Shown: one piece after another, positions 1-8,859 of the stretch
How the letters are laid out: every line of letters starts with the position of its first letter
Position numbering within the stretch: the first letter of the stretch is position 1
Source of the DNA: a virus
Reading direction: 5' to 3' (one strand)
Virus record (IMG/VR): IMGVR_UViG_3300025706_000008
Location: 1-49,548 of that record
DNA: 49,548 nucleotides
The notes under the pieces: model-generated
What the model saw: only the letters and a program-made list of their open reading frames with translations
Databases searched by the model: none
Told to the model about the DNA's origin: nothing
Made by a program: the position numbers and the translations under genes

Positions 1-51
1 TTGGAACAGGTTGTGGAGGCAACACCTTTGGAACAGATTGTGATGGCAACA
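1..51. repeat. Terminal direct repeat: nt 1-51 are identical to nt 49498-49548, so the contig closes on itself
   Basis: Direct comparison of the first and last 51 nt. The overlap lies inside a 27-nt tandem-repeat array. Confidence 0.9.
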
Positions 52-74
52 CCTTTGGAACAAGTTGTTTTAAT
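1..74 (+). repeat. Continuation of the 27-nt tandem-repeat array that starts at 49275 (last NTFGxxCxx units)
   Basis: Unit aacacctttggaacaagttgttttaat at 48-74. nt 1-47 duplicate 49498-49544. Confidence 0.85.
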
Positions 75-275
75 AATACCTTACCTGATTCATCATATCT
101 GAATGAATTTAAAAACGATGTATCTTCTTTAGATTGTTCAGCCTTTGATACTGTTGAAGATACAAACGTCACACATCAGATAAGCAATGGGGGCAATGTC
201 TATCAAACGTACATTGATGATGATAGCACACCAACGCTGGTAATCACAACTGAAACAATAGGAATTTCATCATAG
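1..275 (+). CDS. 3' part of the nonapeptide-repeat fibre-like gene that begins at 48150 (wraps the junction; codons start at nt 3; stop TAG 273-275)
   Basis: With the 51-nt overlap removed, the frame of the 48150 ORF continues without a stop to TAG 273-275. The next gene starts at 277. Confidence 0.75.
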   Translation, partial: GTGCGGNTFGTDCDGNTFGTSCFNNTLPDSSYLNEFKNDVSSLDCSAFDTVEDTNVTHQISNGGNVYQTYIDDDSTPTLVITTETIGISS

Positions 276-276
276 A

Positions 277-882
277 ATGACGGTATATAAAACTATAATG
301 CATACACAGGCTAACGTGGACTATGTAGCCACGTTGTCAGCCACACAGAGTACAAAGGCAAAGCTGACCATGCGCCCTACGTTAGTTGCAGGCCGCATTG
401 GTGCTTTGACAAAACCCACTCCTGTTGAATTAGGTGCGCACGCAGGATACTCACTTCCGATTTACAATAGTGATGATGAAGAATTATTTTTCCGTGATTA
501 TATTCCCGGTCGGTGGGATGGTGCTTCAAATATCGTTTGCACCGTGATTTGTTGTTTGGATACAACACAATCAGGGGGTGTGACAAAAAACTTTAAGTTG
601 CAACTTTCATTTGAGAATCAACCATCAGCAGGAAAATTAACAGCAGGAACACATGACCTGTCAAACAATGTCACTTGTGCAGTAAATGAAGCACAATACA
701 TTCTCCATTATCCTACGTTCACCATTCCTTACAATTCATACAGTCCGAACATCGCAGCGAGTGATCATTTGGGATTAAGATTGAGAAGGATAGCAGCAGA
801 CGGAACAGCAATAGCAGGGGAGGTGATTGTGTTAGATGTGTTGCTTACCTATCAGGTTAACAAAATATTTAAAAGTGCATAA
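277..882 (+). CDS. Hypothetical protein (201 aa), probably virion-associated by position
   Basis: Long ORF starting 1 nt after the fibre gene stop. No recognisable motifs. Confidence 0.6.
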   Translation: MTVYKTIMHTQANVDYVATLSATQSTKAKLTMRPTLVAGRIGALTKPTPVELGAHAGYSLPIYNSDDEELFFRDYIPGRWDGASNIVCTVICCLDTTQSGGVTKNFKLQLSFENQPSAGKLTAGTHDLSNNVTCAVNEAQYILHYPTFTIPYNSYSPNIAASDHLGLRLRRIAADGTAIAGEVIVLDVLLTYQVNKIFKSA

Positions 883-909
883 ATTACAAACCCTAATAAA
901 TATGATAAA

Positions 910-1257
910 ATGTTTGACGATATGGAAGGAAAGGTTCACACCGGGTTAAGGAAGCATACATCACTCGGCATGACTTGGGGACAGATGATTTCAACGGTTG
1001 GACTGCTTGGCGCAATAATCACCGCTTGGGTCAGTATTAACGTGCAGATTGCGCAACAAAAGACGGTAAATGAGCAACAGGAAATCCGCATTCAGATGCT
1101 GGAATCCGGACGACAACAGAATGCACAGGCAATACAGCAACTGAGGATTGAGTTTCAGGAGGCATTCAAAACATTGTCTCAGGAGAACCGGGATGATCAT
1201 ATCCGTATCATGGAAAAACAAGATCAGGTGTACCGATCAATACGAAGCAACCAATGA
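910..1257 (+). CDS. Membrane-anchored coiled-coil protein, lysis-cassette member (i-spanin-like or holin-accessory topology)
   Basis: One hydrophobic helix (MISTVGLLGAIITAWVSINV) followed by a Q/E-rich helical region. Stop overlaps the next ATG (ATGA at 1254-1257). Confidence 0.5.
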   Translation: MFDDMEGKVHTGLRKHTSLGMTWGQMISTVGLLGAIITAWVSINVQIAQQKTVNEQQEIRIQMLESGRQQNAQAIQQLRIEFQEAFKTLSQENRDDHIRIMEKQDQVYRSIRSNQ

Positions 1258-1346
1258 AAACAAATAGCGACAAGTGCGAGTGGCTGATATGGCTGATTCT
1301 GACTGTCTGCCTGACGGCTTATTCAATCCTGTATTTCATCACCTGA
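1254..1346 (+). CDS. Small single-TM protein (30 aa; MKTNSDKCEWLIWLILTVCLTAYSILYFIT), not in the ORF track
   Basis: Hand translation. ATGA overlap with the upstream gene, and it ends 1 nt before the endolysin ATG. Hydrophobic core. Confidence 0.45.
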   Translation: MKTNSDKCEWLIWLILTVCLTAYSILYFIT

Positions 1347-1347
1347 C

Positions 1348-1809
1348 ATGGTAAGTATTGCAGAAATATGGAGGCGGTACATGGAAGATAAATTATTCAC
1401 GGCTTTTTCAGTTGCTTTGGGGGAATATGGCATTCAGGAATGGACGCAGGGGCATAATCCCGAAGTGCTGAAATATTTTCACGAAATTGGATTCACCGGC
1501 GTGAATGATGATGAAACAGCATGGTGTGCGGCATACGTTAATTGGTGCCTCTGGAAAGCCGGATTGCCACATACCGGGGCATTGACGGCACGTAGTTTCC
1601 TCGACTGGGGCAAATCAATATACGAGCCGAAAGTACCTTGCATTGCGGTATTGTCCCGGCGTGGATCTTCGTGGATGGGACATGTTGGTTTTTGGATTAA
1701 GAGCAGCGGTTCCGAAATATGGCTTTTGGGCGGGAATCAGAATAATCAGGTATCTATCGGGAAATATCCCGGTTATGAACTTTTGGGGTTACGGACATGG
1801 AAACAATGA
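1348..1809 (+). CDS. Endolysin candidate, NlpC/P60-CHAP-like cysteine peptidase (TIGR02594-like family)
   Basis: Motifs ETAWCAAYVNWCL (catalytic Cys context), GHVGFW (His) and GGNQNN. Flanked by membrane proteins. Confidence 0.75.
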   Translation: MVSIAEIWRRYMEDKLFTAFSVALGEYGIQEWTQGHNPEVLKYFHEIGFTGVNDDETAWCAAYVNWCLWKAGLPHTGALTARSFLDWGKSIYEPKVPCIAVLSRRGSSWMGHVGFWIKSSGSEIWLLGGNQNNQVSIGKYPGYELLGLRTWKQ

Positions 1810-2078
1810 AGCGTGCATGGCAATCGACACGCGGATACAAGACGGCATCCGGCGGTGTGTTATTGATGGTATTTCAACTCATTAAAATGATATGGGGTAC
1901 GGAGATACCACCGGAATGGCAGGAATGGATTCTTAATGCAATATCTGTCATTGCAGCAACGGGCGTCTTTGATAAACTGTGGCGAAGCCGTAAGGAAATA
2001 ATTCAGTGGATAAAGCGAATGTTCAATGGCAAAAAAGAAGCGTCCAAAGAAAAAGAAATGCTGAATGAGGCACCATGA
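1797..2078 (+). CDS. Holin-like protein with two hydrophobic segments and a charged C-terminus
   Basis: GGVLLMVFQLIKMIW and ILNAISVIAATGVF helices plus a K/E-rich tail. Overlaps the endolysin 3' end. Confidence 0.5.
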   Translation: METMKRAWQSTRGYKTASGGVLLMVFQLIKMIWGTEIPPEWQEWILNAISVIAATGVFDKLWRSRKEIIQWIKRMFNGKKEASKEKEMLNEAP

Positions 2079-2418
2079 ATCAGAATTGCAATCGGCATGT
2101 GTCAGATGGTTCCGGCTTCAGTACCGGCGATATGAACGCCTGCTATTTGCCGTGCCGAACGGGTCACACCGCAACCGCGTAACTGCCGCCATCCTCAAAG
2201 GCGAGGGCGTACTGGCCGGTGTAAGCGATTTAATCCTGCTGATTCCAAATTCAGAATATACAGCCTTATGTATTGAAATGAAATCAGGTGCGGGACGGCA
2301 AAGCGATTCACAACGGCAATTTCAGCAGGCAGCAGAGTCCGTTGGTAACCGTTATGTTGTAATACGGTCATTCGATGAATTCAAATCAGAAATAGACAAC
2401 TACCTCCGTGGATTATGA
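2065..2418 (+). CDS. VRR-NUC domain nuclease (PD-(D/E)XK fold)
   Basis: Motifs GVSDLILL and ALCIEMK (D...E-x-K) in a 117-aa protein. This is the typical VRR-NUC size. Confidence 0.7.
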   Translation: MRHHESELQSACVRWFRLQYRRYERLLFAVPNGSHRNRVTAAILKGEGVLAGVSDLILLIPNSEYTALCIEMKSGAGRQSDSQRQFQQAAESVGNRYVVIRSFDEFKSEIDNYLRGL

Positions 2419-3538
2419 CGCGACAAATATCACCAAATTCTATGAGCGCAAGCTGATTCAGAAACTGATTGCCGTAAATACCGAAACGCAGGCAATATTC
2501 CGCCGTTATATTCAGCGCGTAACTCCGATAATACAGCAATACCGGTATAATAAGAAGGGCGTCGTCATCCGTGACCCGAAACTGGAACAGGCAATCAATT
2601 CGGAACTGAAACGATTCTCAGACGAACTTAAGCAATATATCACTTTGAATAAGACAGACGCCTGGATGCTGGCAGAAGAGAAGGCTAACCGGATGGTTGA
2701 CGAATACATCAGCCAGATGTCCGCGGCAAAGATTGAAACGCGGCAACTGGTCACTCCCGGCGCTGAAACAATCGACATGGGGGGCATGTACCAGCGCAAC
2801 GTGCAGGCAATGGAGGCGTTCATGGTGCGCAAAAAAGCCGGTATGAACCTTTCACAGAATGTGTGGAAAATTGCGCAGAACACCAAAGAACAGCTGGAAT
2901 ATTACCTTGAATCAGGACTGGCAACGGGCCGCAGTGCCGATGTTATCAGCCGCGATATTCGCAACATTCTGAATGAACCGGATAAACGATTCCGCCGTGT
3001 ACGTGACCCGAAAACCGGTAAGCTGGTGCCGTCAAAGCCGATGGAGAATTACCATCCCGGCCGTGGCGTTTACCGGTCGTCATACAAGAATGCCCGGCGT
3101 CTGGCACGCACGGAGATAAACATGGCATACCGGGCCTCAGACATGGCCACATACCGCAATACCGATGTTGTCATCGGTTACCGCATAATGTTAAGCCCAA
3201 ACCATCCGGTTCCCGATATCTGCGATTCGGCGGCGGGGGTATACCCGAAGGATTTTCATTGGATAGGGTGGCATCCGCAATGTCGTTGTTACAGTGTCCC
3301 GGTGACGATGACACTCGACCAACTTGATGATTTTGAAAATGGCAACCCTGTACCCGTCGTCAATGATGTACCTGAAGGATTCAAAAACTATATGAAAGAA
3401 CACCGGGAGCAGTTCGACCGTTGGCAGACAAATCCGTATTTCATTAGCGACAATCAGAAAATTGTCGAATCGGTGTATTCCGGAAAAAAATACCCGTTCC
3501 CGAAAGAAACAAAGATTAAAGAGGTGCAACCGGCATAA
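2408..3538 (+). CDS. Head morphogenesis protein, Mu F / SPP1 gp7-like
   Basis: Motifs RLARTEINMAYR and HPQCRCY near the C-terminus. GTG start. Confidence 0.8.
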   Translation: MDYDATNITKFYERKLIQKLIAVNTETQAIFRRYIQRVTPIIQQYRYNKKGVVIRDPKLEQAINSELKRFSDELKQYITLNKTDAWMLAEEKANRMVDEYISQMSAAKIETRQLVTPGAETIDMGGMYQRNVQAMEAFMVRKKAGMNLSQNVWKIAQNTKEQLEYYLESGLATGRSADVISRDIRNILNEPDKRFRRVRDPKTGKLVPSKPMENYHPGRGVYRSSYKNARRLARTEINMAYRASDMATYRNTDVVIGYRIMLSPNHPVPDICDSAAGVYPKDFHWIGWHPQCRCYSVPVTMTLDQLDDFENGNPVPVVNDVPEGFKNYMKEHREQFDRWQTNPYFISDNQKIVESVYSGKKYPFPKETKIKEVQPA

Positions 3539-3542
3539 AAAT

Positions 3543-3619
3543 GTTCACACATCGCAAACCGTGACATATTACCATCTCAAACATCATTAAAGACACATAA
3601 TACCGTGTGAAATTTACCG
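3543..3619 (+). promoter_or_regulatory. Conserved bipartite element, copy R1: 24-nt box gttcacacatcgcaaaccgtgaca plus gaaatttaccg, with gaaattt 65 nt downstream of the t at 3544 (second nt of the 24-nt box)
   Basis: The 24 nt are identical to 45965-45988. The core catcgcaaaccgtgaca also occurs at 18406-18422, with the same 65-nt spacing in all three copies. Confidence 0.6.
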
Positions 3620-3632
3620 AAAAATTATTCAC

Positions 3633-4262
3633 GTGAAAGAAAAAATTATCGAAGCCCTGAAAACGAGATTCAAGAATCTTGGGTTCGGAGAAAAAGCATT
3701 TGATGGGGTAGCTTCATTTCTTGAAAAAACCATCACCGACGACACACAAATAGAAACCGGCATTGCCGGGGTCGAACCTCTGCTGAAAGGATTTCAATCC
3801 GACATTGACAAGCGAGTTACCGAGGCGGTGGCAAAGGCCAAAGCCGAAGCGACAAAACCCGAACCGCCCGCAACGCCAGAAAAGCCTGCCACACAGGGGG
3901 ACGACGTCCCGGCATGGGCAAAGGGAATACTTGACCGTCTGGATTCCTACGAACGCCGCGAAAAGCAATCCGAACTGAACAGCCGCCTGCGGGCAAAGCT
4001 GTCAGAGAAGAAAGTGCCGGAGTGGTACCTGAAAGGGCGGACATTGAAAGTTGAATCAGAAGCAGAAATCGACAACGTCGCAACACAAATTGAATCTGAC
4101 TTCGCGGAAGCAAGGCAGATGATGGTAAACGACGGGGTTATCATCAACACACCGGCAGACAGCCAGGGGGATAAATCAGACGTTGCAGTGGCGCGGATGA
4201 TAGCTGAAAAACGCAATAACCCGGCAAAGACGGAAGGTGTTGAAGCGAAAAAATTAATCTGA
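3633..4262 (+). CDS. Scaffolding protein candidate
   Basis: Helical, charged, with a PEPPATPEKP linker. Lies between the head morphogenesis and capsid genes. GTG start. Confidence 0.5.
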   Translation: MKEKIIEALKTRFKNLGFGEKAFDGVASFLEKTITDDTQIETGIAGVEPLLKGFQSDIDKRVTEAVAKAKAEATKPEPPATPEKPATQGDDVPAWAKGILDRLDSYERREKQSELNSRLRAKLSEKKVPEWYLKGRTLKVESEAEIDNVATQIESDFAEARQMMVNDGVIINTPADSQGDKSDVAVARMIAEKRNNPAKTEGVEAKKLI

Positions 4263-4286
4263 GTTATTAACGAACAAATTTTGTAA

Positions 4287-4877
4287 ATGCAATTTACTTC
4301 AGAAACCATAGCAGCAAGGGATGTCGTTTTCGACCTTGTATTGGAAGACATACCCGGTGGGGTGTCACTCGACACCACGCGCATCCCTGCCGACACGGAG
4401 TGGATTGAATCCGGTACGCCGGTATATTATGTTCCGACTACCCGCGTCGCCGAAGTCGTGAAAACGGCCAAGATATACGCAGAGGCATCGGGCGGGGCAT
4501 CCACTCCAAAGATCGTCAAGGGATCACTCTTTAAAGCCGGTGACTACATCACCGACGGGACTATTAACTGGGTCATCAGCAGCATCGTTGCAACGGGAGC
4601 CAGTTATGACACTTTCACCCTGGGGGGCAGCCTGGTAACCACCGCGGCTGACACAGTCCTCATTCAGGGTACCTCTGCCGCTTCAGGTACAACAACCGCT
4701 TATTACACACCGAACGCCTTCGTGAAGGATTGGGTATGTGTTGGCGATGGCGTTGCCCTTTATGACAATGCAGATGCATCGTTGGTCGTTCGTGGTGCCG
4801 TGCGCGACAGCGCGCTTCCATTCCCGCTGACCAGCACATTTAAGACCGCTCTGGCACTTTTCCGTTTTAACGCTTAA
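4287..4877 (+). CDS. Head decoration or accessory capsid protein candidate
   Basis: 196-aa G/T/S/A-rich ORF immediately upstream of the major capsid gene. Confidence 0.4.
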   Translation: MQFTSETIAARDVVFDLVLEDIPGGVSLDTTRIPADTEWIESGTPVYYVPTTRVAEVVKTAKIYAEASGGASTPKIVKGSLFKAGDYITDGTINWVISSIVATGASYDTFTLGGSLVTTAADTVLIQGTSAASGTTTAYYTPNAFVKDWVCVGDGVALYDNADASLVVRGAVRDSALPFPLTSTFKTALALFRFNA

Positions 4878-4888
4878 AATCTAAAAAC

Positions 4889-5971
4889 ATGAAAACACCG
4901 TTAATTAATGGAATCAGCCAGACAGGTCTCGAGACCTACATGACCGCCCGTACTTACGACGCTTTGTACTGGCCGAACTTCTTCCCTCTGAAAACCGTTC
5001 CGACACTGGACGGAAAGACCATAGTCGGAAGCACGGGTAACCGTGTTGCCGCTTATATCATCAGTTATGATGCCACCACGCCGGAAATCAAGCGTAAGGG
5101 TGCAACGATCAAATATTTCGACATACCGAAGACGGCCGTTGCCATCCGTAAGTCGGAACGTGAGATCCTTGAACACCAAATCCTGAAGAACACCATCGGG
5201 ATGAACGCCGTGATTGAAGACATCTTCGCCGACAGCGACGTATGTTACAATGGCGTGCAGGGACGTATGGAATGGACTGCCCTTCAGTTGATTTCGGCCA
5301 CAAAATTCACCCTTTCGACCACAAACAATCCGCTGGGGATCATCAACGAGACCGCAGTGGATTCGGGCATGCCCGCGGCAAACAAAAAGCTTGTGACCGG
5401 CTTATGGTCGTCAGGCGGATCAACCGGCGTGCCTATCACTGACTTCAAAGCTGTTGCCGCCGCAGGGCGTACCGCTGGCGTAAAGCTGGCCTATGCGCTG
5501 ATGGATCGCACAGCCTACGATTACATGACCGCCTGCACCGAGTATGTCAATGCCGTGAAGCAAGTTCTGTCACTTGACACGACATACGGAGTGACGCCGC
5601 TTTCGACCGTTGACATCACCAACCGCGTTATGCGTTCCCTGGGACTTCCTGAAGTTGTTCTGATCGACACCTATGTTGATATCGAGGCAGCCACGGGCAC
5701 GCGTACGTCGACCAATCCGTGGAGTTCAAACCACGTGACATTCGTTCCCTCCATGCAGTGCGGCGATTTTTATGCTGGACCCATTGCGGAAGAAATCGAG
5801 AAACCTCTTGACGTTCTGCAGACGAAACGCGGCCCGGTGCTGGTGAGCATCCGTAAGGAGTTCAACCCGTCGGCTGTGCTTACGAAAGCCGAGGCCAACG
5901 TCTTCCCTTCATGGTCGAACGTAGACCAGTGCTACAGTCTTTATCTGGACAGTACAGCTACATGGTCATAA
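4889..5971 (+). CDS. Major capsid protein
   Basis: 360 aa, positioned after scaffold and decoration genes. The sequence resembles gpE-like major capsid proteins from memory. Confidence 0.7.
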   Translation: MKTPLINGISQTGLETYMTARTYDALYWPNFFPLKTVPTLDGKTIVGSTGNRVAAYIISYDATTPEIKRKGATIKYFDIPKTAVAIRKSEREILEHQILKNTIGMNAVIEDIFADSDVCYNGVQGRMEWTALQLISATKFTLSTTNNPLGIINETAVDSGMPAANKKLVTGLWSSGGSTGVPITDFKAVAAAGRTAGVKLAYALMDRTAYDYMTACTEYVNAVKQVLSLDTTYGVTPLSTVDITNRVMRSLGLPEVVLIDTYVDIEAATGTRTSTNPWSSNHVTFVPSMQCGDFYAGPIAEEIEKPLDVLQTKRGPVLVSIRKEFNPSAVLTKAEANVFPSWSNVDQCYSLYLDSTATWS

Positions 5972-5988
5972 TTGATTGATCGTTCGCG

Positions 5989-6303
5989 ATGACAAACCTG
6001 GAAGCAATCAAAGCCACCATTGCCGGTTACCCGCTAAGTGATAATGCTTACAGCAAGGCCCTTACAGACCGCGGAGTTACATCCGGCGGAACGTATGCGG
6101 GCATAAGCGAAGCGTTTGAACTGGCGCGGGCCGATTTGTATGTGACGTTGGCAACAGGAGTGAACATATCTGAAGGTGGGTATTCAATATCTGTATCCGA
6201 TCGTGATTCACTGCTGGACATAGCCAACAGCATATACGCAAAATGGTCATATCCGACGATGGGCGGCGGTAATCTTCGTGTGAAATCAGTACAACCGTGG
6301 TAA
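5989..6303 (+). CDS. Head-tail connector or head completion candidate
   Basis: Small ORF directly after the capsid gene. Assignment rests on synteny only. Confidence 0.4.
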   Translation: MTNLEAIKATIAGYPLSDNAYSKALTDRGVTSGGTYAGISEAFELARADLYVTLATGVNISEGGYSISVSDRDSLLDIANSIYAKWSYPTMGGGNLRVKSVQPW

Positions 6304-6304
6304 G

Positions 6305-6625
6305 ATGGCAGTGATTCAGTATCCCGATACGGCAGTATACACCATCCCCGGCACTCCGGTGCAGAATTCAGGTGGTGTATTCTCGGCATCCGGGGCAACG
6401 TCGTACACAACGACCTGCCGGGCTGAATATAACAGCCGTAGCGGTACTGTCACCATGCCCGACGGGGAAACCATCAGTTACGACTATGCCGTTTACCAGC
6501 CCGTACATACAACGGAGATCACACCCGGTTCGACGGTGGTGATAACGATGCATAACGGGCGCACGGTGAATGGCACGGTAAAGCGTCATGAGAACAACCA
6601 GTTGAACAGCAAGTCATGGGTATAA
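6305..6625 (+). CDS. Head closure or adaptor candidate (hypothetical)
   Basis: Synteny only. Confidence 0.35.
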   Translation: MAVIQYPDTAVYTIPGTPVQNSGGVFSASGATSYTTTCRAEYNSRSGTVTMPDGETISYDYAVYQPVHTTEITPGSTVVITMHNGRTVNGTVKRHENNQLNSKSWV

Positions 6626-7158
6626 CGATGAAAACATCACCGCAGGAGATTGGCCGGATGACGCAACAGCAACTCCAGGCAGTCGAAGACGGCATTATCC
6701 GCAGGCTTAAAATCATTGGTCATAAATTCGTCACCGACGCGCGTACCCAGGTCGATATTGATCAGGCTTCTTTCAGCGCAATACGCAAGGCGGAACCGCG
6801 CCTGGGTGCCGGGGTGTATTATCCCGACACGGGCAACCTTCAGTCGTCTATAGGATTTTTCATCCTTAAAAACGGCGTGGTTATAATGGGTGATTTCGGC
6901 CCAGAGACCGAAGGGGCTGCGGCAGGGATGGCGATGCTTACCGAGGTGAAAACACTGGGAGGCTACCAGCTGATCGGCGTTGCCGGTATGGACTATGCGA
7001 GTTATCTGGAATCAAAGGGTTTCAATGTGATTTCTTCACAGTCAGTTACGGCATTGAAGTCAGTCGAAGAAAACATCAGGGCATACGCAGCAAAGAAAGG
7101 GCTGGAGGATGTCAATATCAGCAGCAAGGGTGTAACCGTTCATTGGAATCAGAAATGA
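6616..7158 (+). CDS. HK97 gp10-like head-tail joining protein
   Basis: DTGNLQSSIGF and GMDYASYLE motifs are typical of the gp10 family. Position fits. Confidence 0.55.
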   Translation: MGITMKTSPQEIGRMTQQQLQAVEDGIIRRLKIIGHKFVTDARTQVDIDQASFSAIRKAEPRLGAGVYYPDTGNLQSSIGFFILKNGVVIMGDFGPETEGAAAGMAMLTEVKTLGGYQLIGVAGMDYASYLESKGFNVISSQSVTALKSVEENIRAYAAKKGLEDVNISSKGVTVHWNQK

Positions 7159-7544
7159 AAACGCAGGACACGGCAGTTAATGCAGTATACGCGATTCTCA
7201 AAGGAGGTTCCGGTGTGACGCCACCCGTGTATAAATATACAAAGCCGACATACACGACACCCGACGAGTTCTATGTGCTGAATGCCCTGCCGATCACGAA
7301 CGGGGTCATGCAACAGGTATACGTCAACGTCAATTACTACGCAAAAGACATAGGCGATGGAATACCGGACATCGTAGCACTCCAGGATGCAACCTCGGCA
7401 GTGATGACACTGTTGCAGGAAGCAGACGGGGACTTGCTTGGAACCGGGTATCTTATCGACTTTGAATCCCAGGAATATCATCGCGAACCGGATATTAATT
7501 ATCACTATTCAAACATCAGATTATCAGTTAAATTGGTAAATTAA
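7155..7544 (+). CDS. Tail completion or terminator-like protein (hypothetical)
   Basis: ATG 7155 forms an ATGA overlap with the upstream stop. The track's 7143 start is TTG. Assignment by synteny. Confidence 0.4.
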   Translation: MKTQDTAVNAVYAILKGGSGVTPPVYKYTKPTYTTPDEFYVLNALPITNGVMQQVYVNVNYYAKDIGDGIPDIVALQDATSAVMTLLQEADGDLLGTGYLIDFESQEYHREPDINYHYSNIRLSVKLVN

Positions 7545-7549
7545 AGACT

Positions 7550-8098
7550 ATGGCACAGCAGAAATACTTATACGGGATAAAATCCGTGAAATACGGCACG
7601 GTGTGCGCCACAGGCGATTCACCGTCCATGCCCGCTTCGGGCGACATGACATCATGGGCGCAAACCGTCCAAGGTTCATTAACCATCAGTGAGCAAGAAT
7701 CCACCGTGAAATATTTTTACGTGGAGGAAACAACCACTGCGGTTCACTCTATCGTCACCGACGCCGGTAACCTTACCGTCACATGGCGCGCTTACGACTG
7801 CACACCGGCACTCATCGCGGTGATGAAGGGCGGTATCAGTTCAACCGGTGACACTGGTTACCTGAGTTACTCCGGCCCTGACACCGTCGAGGCTAAAGAA
7901 CTCGCTCTGGAAATTACGTGTACCAACAATGCCGTATTTGAGATTTACAGGGCTTCATGCCTTGGCCGTTTCGACAGTGTTGTGGGACGTGAGAATTTGC
8001 TTGAGATGGAGGTCGTTGCCACGGCACTCGCACCCGCAACAACGGGCACGGACGACGGCGACCAGGCACCGTACAAGATCAAGTTGCCTAATTCATAA
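7550..8098 (+). CDS. Major tail (tube) protein candidate
   Basis: 182 aa, located just before the chaperone pair and tape measure. Followed by a strong terminator. Confidence 0.6.
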   Translation: MAQQKYLYGIKSVKYGTVCATGDSPSMPASGDMTSWAQTVQGSLTISEQESTVKYFYVEETTTAVHSIVTDAGNLTVTWRAYDCTPALIAVMKGGISSTGDTGYLSYSGPDTVEAKELALEITCTNNAVFEIYRASCLGRFDSVVGRENLLEMEVVATALAPATTGTDDGDQAPYKIKLPNS

Positions 8099-8125
8099 TT
8101 GGTTCTTGTTTTGGTTTAGTAACGA

Positions 8126-8160
8126 AAGCCGCCTGAAGTTCGCCGACGGCGGCTTTTTTA
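8126..8160 (+). terminator. Intrinsic terminator after the major tail gene
   Basis: Stem gccgcc (8128-8133) pairs with ggcggc (8148-8153), followed by tttttt. Confidence 0.7.
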
Positions 8161-8170
8161 TAAAATTAGC

Positions 8171-8668
8171 ATGGAGACAGAAAAAGACAAGAAAACGCAA
8201 TATGAGGCAGGGTCAACCATTTTGGGCGACGGCATTAAGTTCCGCATTCCATTCTGGTTCGGTACAAAACTAACGCTCACGATCCGTCCGTTACATCCGG
8301 GTACAATCGTCAAAATTAGCCAGCAATCGACAAAGATAAAAGACGTCTTTGAAGATGAAAATATGATCAACGAGCTGATGAAAACCGGCGATAACCTGCG
8401 TGTGTTCTGCCGGATCGTCGCGCTTGGAGCAACGAATAACCCGATGAAGATACGGCTATTTGCGGGCTGGCTTACCCGGGTGCTTATGTGGCGCGTGAAA
8501 TCAACACAGGAATTATTCTCTTATGTGTCGCTGGTATACCGGCAGATGGGGGCTGAACACTTTTTTTTTATTATGACATTGACAAAAGGGATGAACTTTC
8601 TGAAGAAGAAGACCAACGGTCAGGAGAAAACCGTGGAGGTGAAACCCTCTGGGGCACCCTCGCCCTGA
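8171..8668 (+). CDS. Tail assembly chaperone, short (G-like) product
   Basis: Position between the tail tube and tape measure genes. Contains a T9 slippery run. Confidence 0.7.
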   Translation: METEKDKKTQYEAGSTILGDGIKFRIPFWFGTKLTLTIRPLHPGTIVKISQQSTKIKDVFEDENMINELMKTGDNLRVFCRIVALGATNNPMKIRLFAGWLTRVLMWRVKSTQELFSYVSLVYRQMGAEHFFFIMTLTKGMNFLKKKTNGQEKTVEVKPSGAPSP

Positions 8669-8859
8669 TTCAAAAAACATTCATGTTAAACCACAACGAG
8701 ATTATGTGGGTGGAGACGTGGCCTAATCTGGTGATGAAGATGCGGGATATGCCGTACTGGCATTACAATAGCAGCGAGAAGAAGGGGGCGAAACGTGAGG
8801 AGGGGGTGCCCGGAGATACGGACATATTGAAACGGAAATTTGGCAAATACATAAAATAA
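8171..8859 (+). CDS. Tail assembly chaperone, -1 frameshifted long (GT-like) product, about 229 aa
   Basis: The -1 frame reads YYDIDKRDELSEEEDQ...KFGKYIK* and fills the otherwise empty gap 8669-8860. It ends 2 nt before the tape measure ATG. Confidence 0.6.
8561..8569 (+). other. Slippery T9 run (T_TTT_TTT in the zero frame) for a programmed -1 frameshift
   Basis: Zero-frame codons are cac ttt ttt ttt att. The -1 frame is open from 8557 to TAA 8857-8859. Confidence 0.65.
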
